From a virus (lineage: Duplodnaviria > Caudoviricetes), in IMG/VR virus record IMGVR_UViG_3300050821_008548, positions 1,562-65,561 of that record: a stretch of 64,000 bases of DNA; one strand, given 5' to 3'. Below are positions 56,333-64,000 of the stretch, in pieces (the first letter of the stretch is position 1; every line of letters begins with the position of its first letter). The notes beneath the pieces are model-generated. The model saw only the letters and a program-made list of their open reading frames with translations. It did no database searches and was not told the DNA's origin. The position numbers and the translations under genes are program-made.

Positions 56333-56535
56333 CGGGCCGATCCTTGAATCGCCGCGTCGAAGGCGTCGAGCTCCACATCGGGAAACGGTGCGTCGGCGTT
56401 CCGATAGCGCTCCGCAGCCTCGACCACATCCAGCGCAGCAATCAGAGTTCTCGTTGCGACCGACGCACTGCAAGCCTCGCTCGTGCAGCGGCAGCCGGTA
56501 GTCAGTACGTGCTCTCGAAGATCGTCGATGGTCAT
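56329..56535 (-). CDS. Hypothetical protein
   Basis: ATGA coupled; LIAALDVVEAA. Confidence 0.55.
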   Translation of the reverse strand: MTIDDLREHVLTTGCRCTSEACSASVATRTLIAALDVVEAAERYRNADAPFPDVELDAFDAAIQGSAR

Positions 56536-56975
56536 CCTTCCTCTCCTCCCGCCAGCGCGGCGCGGGCTGCCTTGACTCCAAGGTCGAACGCCATCGCCAG
56601 TGTGACTGACAGCCTGTCCTGATCCGCACGAACTTCATCGCGAAGCTTCGTGAGTTCGACCACCGGCAACGGTACGTCCAGCTCGCGCAGCTCCCTCGCC
56701 TGCTCCTCGAGCGCGGCGATAAGGGCGGGGATGTCGGTGCGGGCGTGGGCGATGAACGGCCCGTCGATGTCCCGGTCCGCCTCATAGTCCTGCTCGCAGG
56801 TAGCGATGACGAATTCGTGCTCTGGCTCGTCCAGTTCGCAGTCCTCGAATGGGCACTCACCCTCTCCTGGGCACTTCATCGTCGCATGAACGTATGCTCC
56901 GCCTGACGTCCACGGCCCCGGCGTCGCCCTCTGCTCTCGCTCTCGAATGGCCGCGAGTTGGGTGGGGGAGATCAT
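56532..56975 (-). CDS. Ead/Ea22-like early protein
   Basis: ATPGPW...FIAHARTDIPALIAAL. Confidence 0.65.
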   Translation of the reverse strand: MISPTQLAAIREREQRATPGPWTSGGAYVHATMKCPGEGECPFEDCELDEPEHEFVIATCEQDYEADRDIDGPFIAHARTDIPALIAALEEQARELRELDVPLPVVELTKLRDEVRADQDRLSVTLAMAFDLGVKAARAALAGGEEG

Positions 56976-57052
56976 GGCTGTCCCGAATACCAGATGGCCC
57001 ATCCGATGAAAGAGAGCACCGCGAGAAACAGCACCACATCAGGCCACGGCAT
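56972..57052 (-). CDS. 26-aa TM peptide
   Basis: MPWPDVVLFLAVLSFIGWAIWYSGQP; coupled on both sides. Confidence 0.45.
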   Translation of the reverse strand: MPWPDVVLFLAVLSFIGWAIWYSGQP

Positions 57053-57300
57053 CACCCCCGCCTCCTTCCCACCCGCACAACCCGCACCACCTCGCGCCAG
57101 TCCGGGCCCCACATGCGCGCCGTGCGGAATGCGTCGCTGCGGGACATCGCGAACGCGTGGGCGCGGTCGTACCAGAGCGCGACGCCGCGGTAGAAGGACG
57201 ACCAGCCCTGCAAGTAGGATGTCGCTGCGGTCCTGGAGAGGCCGCGGCGGAGGCGCAGGAGGTAGTGGGTCACCTCCGCCACCACTTCGCAAACAGCCAC
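57052..57300 (-). CDS. Hypothetical basic protein (start may be 57273)
   Basis: ORF fits the coupled leftward operon. Confidence 0.45.
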   Translation of the reverse strand: MAVCEVVAEVTHYLLRLRRGLSRTAATSYLQGWSSFYRGVALWYDRAHAFAMSRSDAFRTARMWGPDWREVVRVVRVGRRRG

Positions 57301-57383
57301 GCGTCGCGGCGCGCGTTGTAGGCTGGGAGGTTGTCTACGTAGACGCCGAGGATGGGGCAGCGGTAGGCGATGAGGTGGATCAT
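57270..57383 (-). CDS. Hypothetical small protein
   Basis: Fills the operon gap. Confidence 0.35.
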   Translation of the reverse strand: MIHLIAYRCPILGVYVDNLPAYNARRDAWLFAKWWRR

Positions 57384-57390
57384 GGGGAGC

Positions 57391-57849
57391 TCAGAACGGC
57401 AACGGCGTCTCTCCGCCCGAGTCGAAGTCGCCCCCATGTGACGCCCCAGGTGCGGCAGGCGCCGGCATGGGCCGCCCGGAGTTCCTGCGGGCCCACGCCC
57501 GGCAGATCTTGGCCTCGAAGGTGTCGGCCTCGTGCCACGGCTTGCCATTGTTGTTCAGGCGCACCGGGTTCTCCTTGCGCCCCTGCTCCGCCTTCCAGTC
57601 GAGGAAGGACGCCTGCGCCTCGTGCCAGGCAGCGGGGGCCTGGCTGTAGCGAAGTCCGACCATCGTCGGGCCCGAGTAGCGCTTCGGGTCTTTCTTGATC
57701 TCCTTGTCGGCCCACGCGTTGTCGAGCTGGTGGTCGGGCAGCGCGTCGCCAGATGCGGAGGCGGCGGCCGATGGGACGGCGGCCAGCAGCCGGTCGACCT
57801 TCGCCTCGATGATCTCGAGGCGGCGCAGTATCTCCTCCCCAGCGCCCAT
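57391..57849 (-). CDS. Hypothetical protein with SSB-like C-terminal tail
   Basis: TGATG coupled to recT; ends GGDFDSGGETPLPF. Confidence 0.6.
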   Translation of the reverse strand: MGAGEEILRRLEIIEAKVDRLLAAVPSAAASASGDALPDHQLDNAWADKEIKKDPKRYSGPTMVGLRYSQAPAAWHEAQASFLDWKAEQGRKENPVRLNNNGKPWHEADTFEAKICRAWARRNSGRPMPAPAAPGASHGGDFDSGGETPLPF

Positions 57850-58739
57850 CAGGACGCCGTCTCCGGCTTGGTCTCCACCAACTCGCCGGTGGCCGGATCG
57901 TGCGCCCCGCCGCCCATGAGCGCGGCCTCGAGCGAGGCGGTGTCCCCGGGGGTCATCGCGCTCGGCAGTGCGGGGCGGTCGTCGAAGTCCCCGTCGGCCG
58001 TCATGGCCAGTGCCTGCTCCATGACCGGGTCGTAAACGGGCAGGTGCTTGCACAAGCGGCGGATCGCGCTCTTTCGCACCATCTCCTCTTCCCAGTTGGC
58101 CCACGGACCCGCGGTGGTCCCGCTCGCGGGGGAGGCTGCGCGGATCTTCGCGATGTCCTTCTTGGACAGAGGCTCGATCTGCTTGGCGCCATCGACGTAG
58201 ATGGCGATCGCGTACCCGGCCACGATGGCGCCTCGGTCCTCGACGTCGTAGTTGGGGACGTGCGTAAGCGTCGGATTGTCACCGAGCGTCACCTGGTACT
58301 CGTCTTGGTCGTAGACCGCGTGGGCGTCGAATCGAGCGACCTTCCCCGTGCGTCGGGCGATGTCCTCGAAACCGCGCCACCCGGGGTCGAAGGTGGCCTC
58401 GAGCTTCTTGGTGTGCTTGTTAGCCCGAGGGATGAGGTAGCCACGTCCGTTGGTGCCACCTGGGACGATGCCCATCGCCGCTGCATCCATGAGGCACCGG
58501 AGCACGCTCTCTGGGGAGCACTTGAGCAGATCCGGGGAACGCGAAGCCGCCATGAGCGCCAGGCGGATCAGGTCGTCGGGTTTCATGAACTTCGCTGCAA
58601 CCTCGGCGAGCTTCGCTTTGACGTCCTGTCGCTCGAGGAACGCGTGCAGCGTGTTCGCGTACTTCGGGGCCTCCTGGATCGGCGCGCTGCCGTTTGCGGC
58701 TGGCGTCATTGCCTGATTCGTGGCGTTGCTAGTGGCCAT
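57849..58739 (-). CDS. recT: RecT family ssDNA annealing protein
   Basis: PDLLKCSPESV...AA.MG..P....GYLIP; GWRG..IARR; VY..DE; PW.NW.EEM.RKS.IRRL.K.LP. Confidence 0.92.
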   Translation of the reverse strand: MATSNATNQAMTPAANGSAPIQEAPKYANTLHAFLERQDVKAKLAEVAAKFMKPDDLIRLALMAASRSPDLLKCSPESVLRCLMDAAAMGIVPGGTNGRGYLIPRANKHTKKLEATFDPGWRGFEDIARRTGKVARFDAHAVYDQDEYQVTLGDNPTLTHVPNYDVEDRGAIVAGYAIAIYVDGAKQIEPLSKKDIAKIRAASPASGTTAGPWANWEEEMVRKSAIRRLCKHLPVYDPVMEQALAMTADGDFDDRPALPSAMTPGDTASLEAALMGGGAHDPATGELVETKPETAS

Positions 58740-58755
58740 GATCTGTTCTCCTGTT

Positions 58756-59296
58756 CTATTCTTGTACCCGTACCGTTTTCCGGATGTACCGACTGACCGA
58801 CGCTAGGCTGACGCCGAACTCCGTGGCCAATGCCAGCATCGTCACGCCGCCGGCGGCATATCGAGCGCGAATGGTAGCGACTGCGGCAAAGTCTGGCGCA
58901 GATGGCTTATTCCGTTGTCCTCTGGCCAGACGATCTGGATACAGGCGCGCCCCATTATTGTCCCCGCGGGCCGCCCTCTCGGGGTGCAGGCGCAGGCCGG
59001 CGCGGTCCCCGCGAGCCTGTCGGCCCTTGCTCCGGCCTGACGCAGGACGGGTTGTCACACCTGTGACATACGCACGTGCCGTGAAAACCGGGTCCCGACG
59101 GGATCGGGCCATATGCCCACTCCCACGACAGCCTGTGGGCCTTCACGGAAGGCCTGGCAGTGCTGAGACCAAATACGCCATAGCCTGGCCCCATGCGCGC
59201 ACCAGTCCATACCCAACACGGTCCGAGATTGGGCCTGTGTGGCGGGACGGGCCCGCTCTTGTCCACCTTGTTCCAAAATCTCTCCAGTGGCGTCAT
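58756..59296 (-). pseudogene. HNH homing endonuclease inactivated by an internal deletion/frameshift
   Basis: RFWNKV...CWVWTG...GYG...AHRLSW...HRCDNPSCVRPE in one frame; KGRQARG...IRARY...LATEFGVS in another; HL..GT..DN segment missing. Confidence 0.8.
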
Positions 59297-59306
59297 CGGT
59301 GGGCCC

Positions 59307-60191
59307 CTAGTACCAGACAGGTAGCTCCAGCTCCTGGATGGCATCGGAGAAGCCTGGCCAACTACCGGTCGCCACGCAGTCGGCCATGGTTCTCATCAAC
59401 TCACGCACTCTCCCATACGTTATGGCAATGTCCACTGCTCTCATGGTGTAGATCGCCACCGCGTGAGGCGGCGCCGATTCGACGGCTATGTACAGAAAAT
59501 ACCGAACTTCCTTGCCGATGGCGCCGAAGCCCGCGCGGTAGTGCGTATCCTGGATTCCGTATCCGTACTTCGCCACGTCGCGCGCGAAGGCTCGGGGTGA
59601 CGCGTCTCGACACGACTTGATGTCGATGACCGCGCCCAGGTCCGGGCGGTACCTGTCCGCTCGCAGGCGGCACGGCAGCCCCGTTTCCTTGTCGGCCCAG
59701 GCCACCGTGACCTCTGGCAGCCCGCCGGAGAGCAGGCGACTCGCCTTGGGGTGACGCTGGATCGCGGAGACCATGCCCATCAGCGCAGCGCCCTCGGCGC
59801 CCGACAGAACCTCGTGATTTGCGTGGACCCTGCGGAACTCGTCGCGGCGTGTCTTGTTGATCTTCGCCTGCTCCGAGCCGCAGTCGTCCGTCTTGCGGCA
59901 GGGGCCGAAGTCGGGGGCCATGATGTACTCCTGCGCGAACCGCTCCGGCTCGAGCAGGGCCATGTGCGTGGCGCGCCCGAGCGACAGCGACGGCGTGTCC
60001 TCGTCCTCGGTCGAGGTCGCCCACGTGTAGTAGTGCAGGGGCGATTGCGCCATGTACTGGAGGGCCGTCTTGCGGACCACGCCGAGCTCGCGTGCGAGGT
60101 AGCGGTGAGCAGGTACGTCCGGGTGAAGGCCCGGCGGAAGGGCGAGCGGCGGCGCCCCGCGGATTGAGATCGCGGCGGTCATGCGGGCCAC
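59307..60191 (-). CDS. RecE/exonuclease VIII-like PD-(D/E)XK nuclease (DUF3799-type)
   Basis: SP.HY...LGRATH..LLEP; EV...W.D.ETG..CR.R.D...IDIKS; Y..Q..HY; F.YIAVE..PP. Confidence 0.88.
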   Translation of the reverse strand: MARMTAAISIRGAPPLALPPGLHPDVPAHRYLARELGVVRKTALQYMAQSPLHYYTWATSTEDEDTPSLSLGRATHMALLEPERFAQEYIMAPDFGPCRKTDDCGSEQAKINKTRRDEFRRVHANHEVLSGAEGAALMGMVSAIQRHPKASRLLSGGLPEVTVAWADKETGLPCRLRADRYRPDLGAVIDIKSCRDASPRAFARDVAKYGYGIQDTHYRAGFGAIGKEVRYFLYIAVESAPPHAVAIYTMRAVDIAITYGRVRELMRTMADCVATGSWPGFSDAIQELELPVWY

Positions 60192-60207
60192 CAGATGAGA
60201 GACAGCT

Positions 60208-60459
60208 TCATTCGCTCACCCCAGTCTGCGTCACCGTGTCGTACGCGAACCCCTCGGCGATCTCGAGGTCGATCCAGTGCTGGAAAAACTCCCGGTGCGC
60301 CGCCTCCAGCTTGGCCCTGGCCGCCTCGCAAGCGTCGTCGGACTCGAGCATGGCGCTCTCGTCATCGGCCGAAATGAGGCATCGGGCCTCGGCCACGCGT
60401 CGGCGCTCGGCTTTGGCGTCCAGGACGCGAATGGCGAGTTGGGTCAGGCGGTCCTTCAT
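60208..60459 (-). CDS. Hypothetical helical protein
   Basis: ATGA coupled. Confidence 0.55.
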   Translation of the reverse strand: MKDRLTQLAIRVLDAKAERRRVAEARCLISADDESAMLESDDACEAARAKLEAAHREFFQHWIDLEIAEGFAYDTVTQTGVSE

Positions 60460-60629
60460 GGCCCATTCTCCAGCAGCTCCTCGATCACCATCACGAGGTG
60501 CCCGACAGCCAGGGCGACTGAGTGAAGCGCCTCGGCCGGATCTCGAAGCTCTTCTTGCTTCGCGTCGTTGAGCAGCTGGCGGACGTCGTCGAGGACGGTG
60601 CGCAGCTGGGCGCGGGCTTCGGGGCTCAT
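60456..60629 (-). CDS. Hypothetical protein
   Basis: ATGA coupled. Confidence 0.5.
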   Translation of the reverse strand: MSPEARAQLRTVLDDVRQLLNDAKQEELRDPAEALHSVALAVGHLVMVIEELLENGP

Positions 60630-60904
60630 GGAGCCACCCCGACCGACGCCCTGAGCTCCATCCCCAGCCGCGTCTCTTCCGCCGCGTCCCGCCAGGCCGA
60701 GAACGCGTCGTTGGCCAGACGGATCGCCCGGTCGAGCCATGGGTCCTCGACGGTGGCCACGAGGCACTCGCCGACCATGACGCGCACGACGTAGCTGCCG
60801 GGGATGCTCTCGATCGAGAGGCGCCACTCGGCGGCGCGCTTGCACATCTTCTCTCCGGCGCGGAGATCGGAGAGGGAGTCGAGGAGGCGGTCGGTGGGGG
60901 TCAT
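60626..60904 (-). CDS. Hypothetical protein
   Basis: GGAGG upstream; coupled. Confidence 0.55.
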   Translation of the reverse strand: MTPTDRLLDSLSDLRAGEKMCKRAAEWRLSIESIPGSYVVRVMVGECLVATVEDPWLDRAIRLANDAFSAWRDAAEETRLGMELRASVGVAP

Positions 60905-61107
60905 GATGCGGCCTCCGGATCGACAAGCTCAATCTCGGAGGACACGGCATACCCGCGCGCACCCCACACCCTCTCAAGCCGCGCGAGCTCGTCGGGGGTA
61001 CGAAGAACGGGAAGCCGAACGGTCAGAGCGCCCAGCGTCAGCGAGACGCGGCGCATCTCGGCGAAGCCCGCAAGGCGGGCGGTGCGGCTGGAGAGCCAGG
61101 GGATCAC
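60901..61107 (-). CDS. Hypothetical protein
   Basis: GTGA coupled; GGAGG upstream. Confidence 0.5.
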   Translation of the reverse strand: MIPWLSSRTARLAGFAEMRRVSLTLGALTVRLPVLRTPDELARLERVWGARGYAVSSEIELVDPEAAS

Positions 61108-61475
61108 GCGACCTCCATGTCGCCCGGGGGCCCGCATGGTGTCGTCGAGTGGACCGAAGCCGGTGGCTCGGTCTTGGTCGGCGCCTCCGTCCACTCGCCA
61201 CACACGTTGCACACGAGGCGTGTGGCACCATCGACGGTCGGCCAGGGCAGCCAGTCGGCTTTGCCGCAGCAGGAGCAGGCGGGCGTTGTCGACGGGCCCC
61301 ATGCGAGGGCGTCGTAGTCGACGAGCTCTCCGGAGCCGCCGCAGTCCAGGCAGTCGAACGACGGACCGGCCGGGCAGTCGCTGTCGTCGCGCTGGTACTG
61401 GACGCGGCCGGAGCCGGAGCAGGCTCCGCACTCGGTGATGGGGGACGGGGGCGGGGGGATGGCGGGACGGGGCAT
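61104..61475 (-). CDS. Zinc-finger protein with DnaJ-type CxxCxGxG motifs
   Basis: CGACSGSG, CLDCGGSG, CSCC, CNVC; GGAGG upstream. Confidence 0.6.
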   Translation of the reverse strand: MPRPAIPPPPSPITECGACSGSGRVQYQRDDSDCPAGPSFDCLDCGGSGELVDYDALAWGPSTTPACSCCGKADWLPWPTVDGATRLVCNVCGEWTEAPTKTEPPASVHSTTPCGPPGDMEVA

Positions 61476-61499
61476 CTTCGTGACCTCCAGCTAACGGAT

Positions 61500-61527
61500 A
61501 GCTTACGCCCGTAGTAGTGACGCGCAA
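61500..61527 (-). promoter_or_regulatory. Leftward early promoter with embedded operator
   Basis: TTGCGC-N16-TAAGCT overlapping CTACTACGGGCGTAA. Confidence 0.55.
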
Positions 61528-61890
61528 TAATAAAGCGCCCGCCCCATGTCGATTCTTGGGACGGGCCCCGGCTAACGCAGCGGGATGGTGGCGGACTGAC
61601 GGGTAACGCTCGGCGCGTCTCGGCGCACACCGGTCAGCGCCGCCTCGATGCGATCAAGAAACCAGCACCACTCGTCGATGGTGGCGACCTGATCGGCGAA
61701 CGTCTCGGCGCACGCGATCGCGGGCTCGCTCCACCGCAACGGATGCCTGTCGAGGGCACAAGCAAACGTGTCTGCAGCGACGCTCTCCCGCACCCCAGAA
61801 GCGAGCCTAGCCATGTTTGGTGCGTGGCACCATGCCACGCACGCCGCGTGTTGCTAACGCGTTTCGCTCGCGTCGCGAAAAAAGGTGGGA

Positions 61891-62304
61891 CTACCGACCC
61901 GAGCGTGGGCCGCCGCGGATTATTTCCGCGAGAGACTCATCCGTTCGCCTCAGAAGGTCGTGCCAGTCTTCGGGCGTGTAGCTGCGCGATCGAGGGATGG
62001 TCAGCGCCATTTTGCTCACAGCGGCGATCACGTGCGCCGCCCACCGACGAGAGGCCATGGCCCTATACAGATCCGGCGGTGCCCCGCCGAGCAGCACCTC
62101 TACCGGGACGCGATCGGCATCGGCGATCTTTGTAGCCGTGTGGTAGCCGGGCGTCGCGGTGCGGTTCTTGATCTTGCCGACGGTCTGCTGGGAGATGCCG
62201 GTGTGCTCACCCACAGCCTTCTCGGAACCCTTCTCATTGAGAAGGTCCACGATGCGATCCCGGACACGTTCGGCTTCGACTTGATTGAGGGCACGGGCTG
62301 ACAC
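61891..62304 (-). CDS. XRE-family HTH repressor (cI-like; start inferred)
   Basis: SEKAVGEHTGISQQTVGKIKN...PGYHTATKIADA..VPVEVLL; divergent from the cro-like gene. Confidence 0.75.
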   Translation of the reverse strand: MSARALNQVEAERVRDRIVDLLNEKGSEKAVGEHTGISQQTVGKIKNRTATPGYHTATKIADADRVPVEVLLGGAPPDLYRAMASRRWAAHVIAAVSKMALTIPRSRSYTPEDWHDLLRRTDESLAEIIRGGPRSGR

Positions 62305-62330
62305 TTGGCCGACACTATCAGGCGGGGCTA

Positions 62331-62446
62331 CGCCTAGAAGCGTAAGCGTCCGGTGGCCATCGAGTCGGTGTTTCATGCGGAAAACGGCCCCCGACACGGC
62401 CGGTTCGCATTTTCCCATTGCACGTTCACGCCTACGGGCGTAATAC
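62331..62446. promoter_or_regulatory. Lysis/lysogeny switch operators and rightward promoter
   Basis: CGCCTAGAAGCGTAA at 62331 and CGCCTACGGGCGTAA at 62429; TTGCAC at 62418. Confidence 0.55.
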
Positions 62447-62454
62447 GAAAGTCC

Positions 62455-62733
62455 ATGGACGAGTACCACCGTCGGTTCGCGAACACGGCTGGGGCCAAGC
62501 TTCTGCGGGCCTTCTTCGCGGCCCAGGCGGATGGGGATGGGTCCTGGACCCAGGTCGGATTGTCCACGGTTCTTGGGGTGCACAAGAACACCGTCCACTT
62601 CTGGACGATCGGCTTTCGGCGCCCCCACTCGCACGATCTGCGCCTGGCGCTCCTGCGCATCGCTGGCATTCCGACCGAGGCGTGGATGACCAGGGACGAG
62701 AAGGTGAAGGCGAAAAGGCTTCGTGCGGCGTAG
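62455..62733 (+). CDS. Cro-like HTH protein
   Basis: WTQVGLSTVLGVHKNTVHFWTIGFRRP...GIPTEAW. Confidence 0.72.
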   Translation: MDEYHRRFANTAGAKLLRAFFAAQADGDGSWTQVGLSTVLGVHKNTVHFWTIGFRRPHSHDLRLALLRIAGIPTEAWMTRDEKVKAKRLRAA

Positions 62734-62823
62734 GCGCGAGGCATGCCCAACTACTACGCCAGTAAAACCGTGTGCGCAAGCGTGCGCATCCGCCCAGTAC
62801 CTCAACGAAACCAGGAGACCCCC

Positions 62824-63090
62824 ATGCCCCCGACAACCCAGCAGTCCCCATCAACCCCCACCCGCAAGCCTCGCGGCTTCGCCGCCATCGACCCCAAGCT
62901 CCGCTCTGAGATCGCCCGCAAAGGCGGCCTCGCCGCCCACGCATCCGGCGTCGCCCACGAGTTCACCTCGGAGGAAGCCCGCGCCGCAGGTCGCCTCGGG
63001 GGCCGAGCCGCGCAGGCCAACTTCCGAGCGCGCATGGCGAAGGCCAAGCTGGGCGAGCCGGTGGCGGCGCCGGAGCAGGAGTCGCGATGA
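62824..63090 (+). CDS. KGG-motif small protein (second copy)
   Basis: PRGFAAIDPKLRSEIARKGGLAAHASGVAHEFTSEEARAAGRLGG; AGGAG upstream. Confidence 0.8.
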   Translation: MPPTTQQSPSTPTRKPRGFAAIDPKLRSEIARKGGLAAHASGVAHEFTSEEARAAGRLGGRAAQANFRARMAKAKLGEPVAAPEQESR

Positions 63091-63458
63091 AGCCGATGCA
63101 GATGAGGCCGGGCGACGTCGTGCGCCAGGGCGATATCGCGTTGGTCCGCCTGCCCGTTTCCCCCACCGACAAGGGCAAGGAGATCCCCCGCGAGCACGGC
63201 GCCGTAGTCCTGGCCTACGGGGAAAGCTCGGGGCATCGCCACCAGCTCGCCGCCCGCGGCTGCAAACTCTTCCAGCGCGGCTCGGCGCGAATGCTGGAGA
63301 TCTCCGCGCGCGGCGGGGCGCTGCTCGAGGTGACGAGCGATCGCGGCGCTCCCATCACGCCGGCGCGGCACTCGCCGGTGAAGCTGGCGCCAGGGTCCTA
63401 CGAGGCGATTCGTCAGAGGGAGTACCACGAAGAGGATGTGGTCAATGCGCAAGACTAA
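63087..63458 (+). CDS. Conserved phage protein (RQGD...LAYGE.SGH.H...QREY family)
   Basis: Motif pattern recalled as typically adjacent to DUF6745-type genes. Confidence 0.7.
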   Translation: MKPMQMRPGDVVRQGDIALVRLPVSPTDKGKEIPREHGAVVLAYGESSGHRHQLAARGCKLFQRGSARMLEISARGGALLEVTSDRGAPITPARHSPVKLAPGSYEAIRQREYHEEDVVNAQD

Positions 63459-64000
63459 CCTTCCCGCGAAGCGCACGCGCATCGACTCCCTGACAGACGC
63501 CGAGAAGGCGCGGATGCCGGAGTGGCGAGATCGTTGGATATCGATCGGCCTACGCACCGGTCCAGCCGACCGCCCCGCCTTCGAGCGGCACGTCGCCGAC
63601 TGCTACCGCGCCGCGGGTCTCGAGCCGCCGAAGCGCGTCGTCTGGGTCCCGTCGCCGCTCGCGCTCGCGTTCGCGGCGCCGGCGGCAGCCATCGCGATCG
63701 AGTGGAGGAAGAACCCGGAGATCGTCGCGTGGCTCGCGAAGCGCGTCGGGCCCGCGCCAGCGGCCGTCGACTCGGCCGTCGACTCGGCCGTCCGCTCGGC
63801 CGTCGACTCGGCCGTCCGCTCGGCCGTCGGCTCGGCCGTCCGCTCGGCCGTCGACTCGGCCGTCGGCTCGGCCGTCGACTCGGCCGTCGGCTCGGCCGTC
63901 TACTCGGCCGTCGACTCGGCCGTCCGCTCGGCCGTCTACTCGGCCGTCGGCTCGGCCGTCGACTCGGCCGTCCGCTCGGCCGTCGGCTCGGCCGTCGACT
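63445..64000 (+). CDS. DUF6745-type protein with V-x-S-A repeats (truncated by window end)
   Basis: IDSLT..E...PEWRDRW..IGL.T.PADR..FE....Y..AGL.PP..VVWVPSP then repeats; no stop before 64000. Confidence 0.75.
   Translation, partial: MRKTNLPAKRTRIDSLTDAEKARMPEWRDRWISIGLRTGPADRPAFERHVADCYRAAGLEPPKRVVWVPSPLALAFAAPAAAIAIEWRKNPEIVAWLAKRVGPAPAAVDSAVDSAVRSAVDSAVRSAVGSAVRSAVDSAVGSAVDSAVGSAVYSAVDSAVRSAVYSAVGSAVDSAVRSAVGSAVD
63761..64000 (+). repeat. 12-bp in-frame tandem repeat with one variable codon, at least 20 units
   Basis: CGGCCGTC-(GAC/CGC/GGC/TAC)-T. Confidence 0.97.

Larger units (their letters stand above)
1..64000. mobile_element. Temperate tailed phage (myovirus-type, Mu-like contractile tail), near-complete genome, apparently unintegrated (attP intact)
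   Basis: Integrase/xis, replication, packaging, head, sheath/tube/baseplate, lysis, RecE/RecT and cI/cro modules in typical order; no host housekeeping genes seen. Confidence 0.95.

Noticed and set aside
63761-64000. CRISPR array
   Set aside because: Period is 12 bp with only 3 variable nt, in frame inside a CDS; no spacers and no cas genes

Overview
The window is almost entirely one high-GC temperate tailed phage, probably close to a complete, circularly permuted and unintegrated genome. It opens inside the early rightward operon (xis, then a tyrosine integrase carrying an internal tRNA-His-type attP). Next come two DNA methyltransferases, a replication initiator with iterons, a RusA-like resolvase, terminase, portal, scaffold and capsid genes. 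A Mu-like contractile tail, baseplate and several fibre genes follow, then a dispersed lysis region (holin-like genes, small lipoproteins, a papain-like protease, a GH25 endolysin). A leftward early arm includes RecE/RecT, and the window ends with a cI/cro-like switch and the start of the rightward operon. A myxobacterial (Polyangiaceae-like) host is inferred from the lipoprotein style and the Mx8/Mx9-like attP inside int. The most unusual signals are: (i) a small-gene array at 53.7-56.0 kb with seven copies of a 10-bp motif, each at a gene end, including a three-gene unit with its own promoter flanked by 20-bp direct repeats; (ii) attP inside int with a non-canonical tRNA T-loop; (iii) many late genes in the same frame as their neighbours, separated only by single TAG/TGA stops; (iv) a SixA-like phosphatase, a papain-like protease/lipoprotein cluster and an antisense DUF1566-like lipoprotein. 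All family assignments come from motif recognition by eye. No database searches were run.
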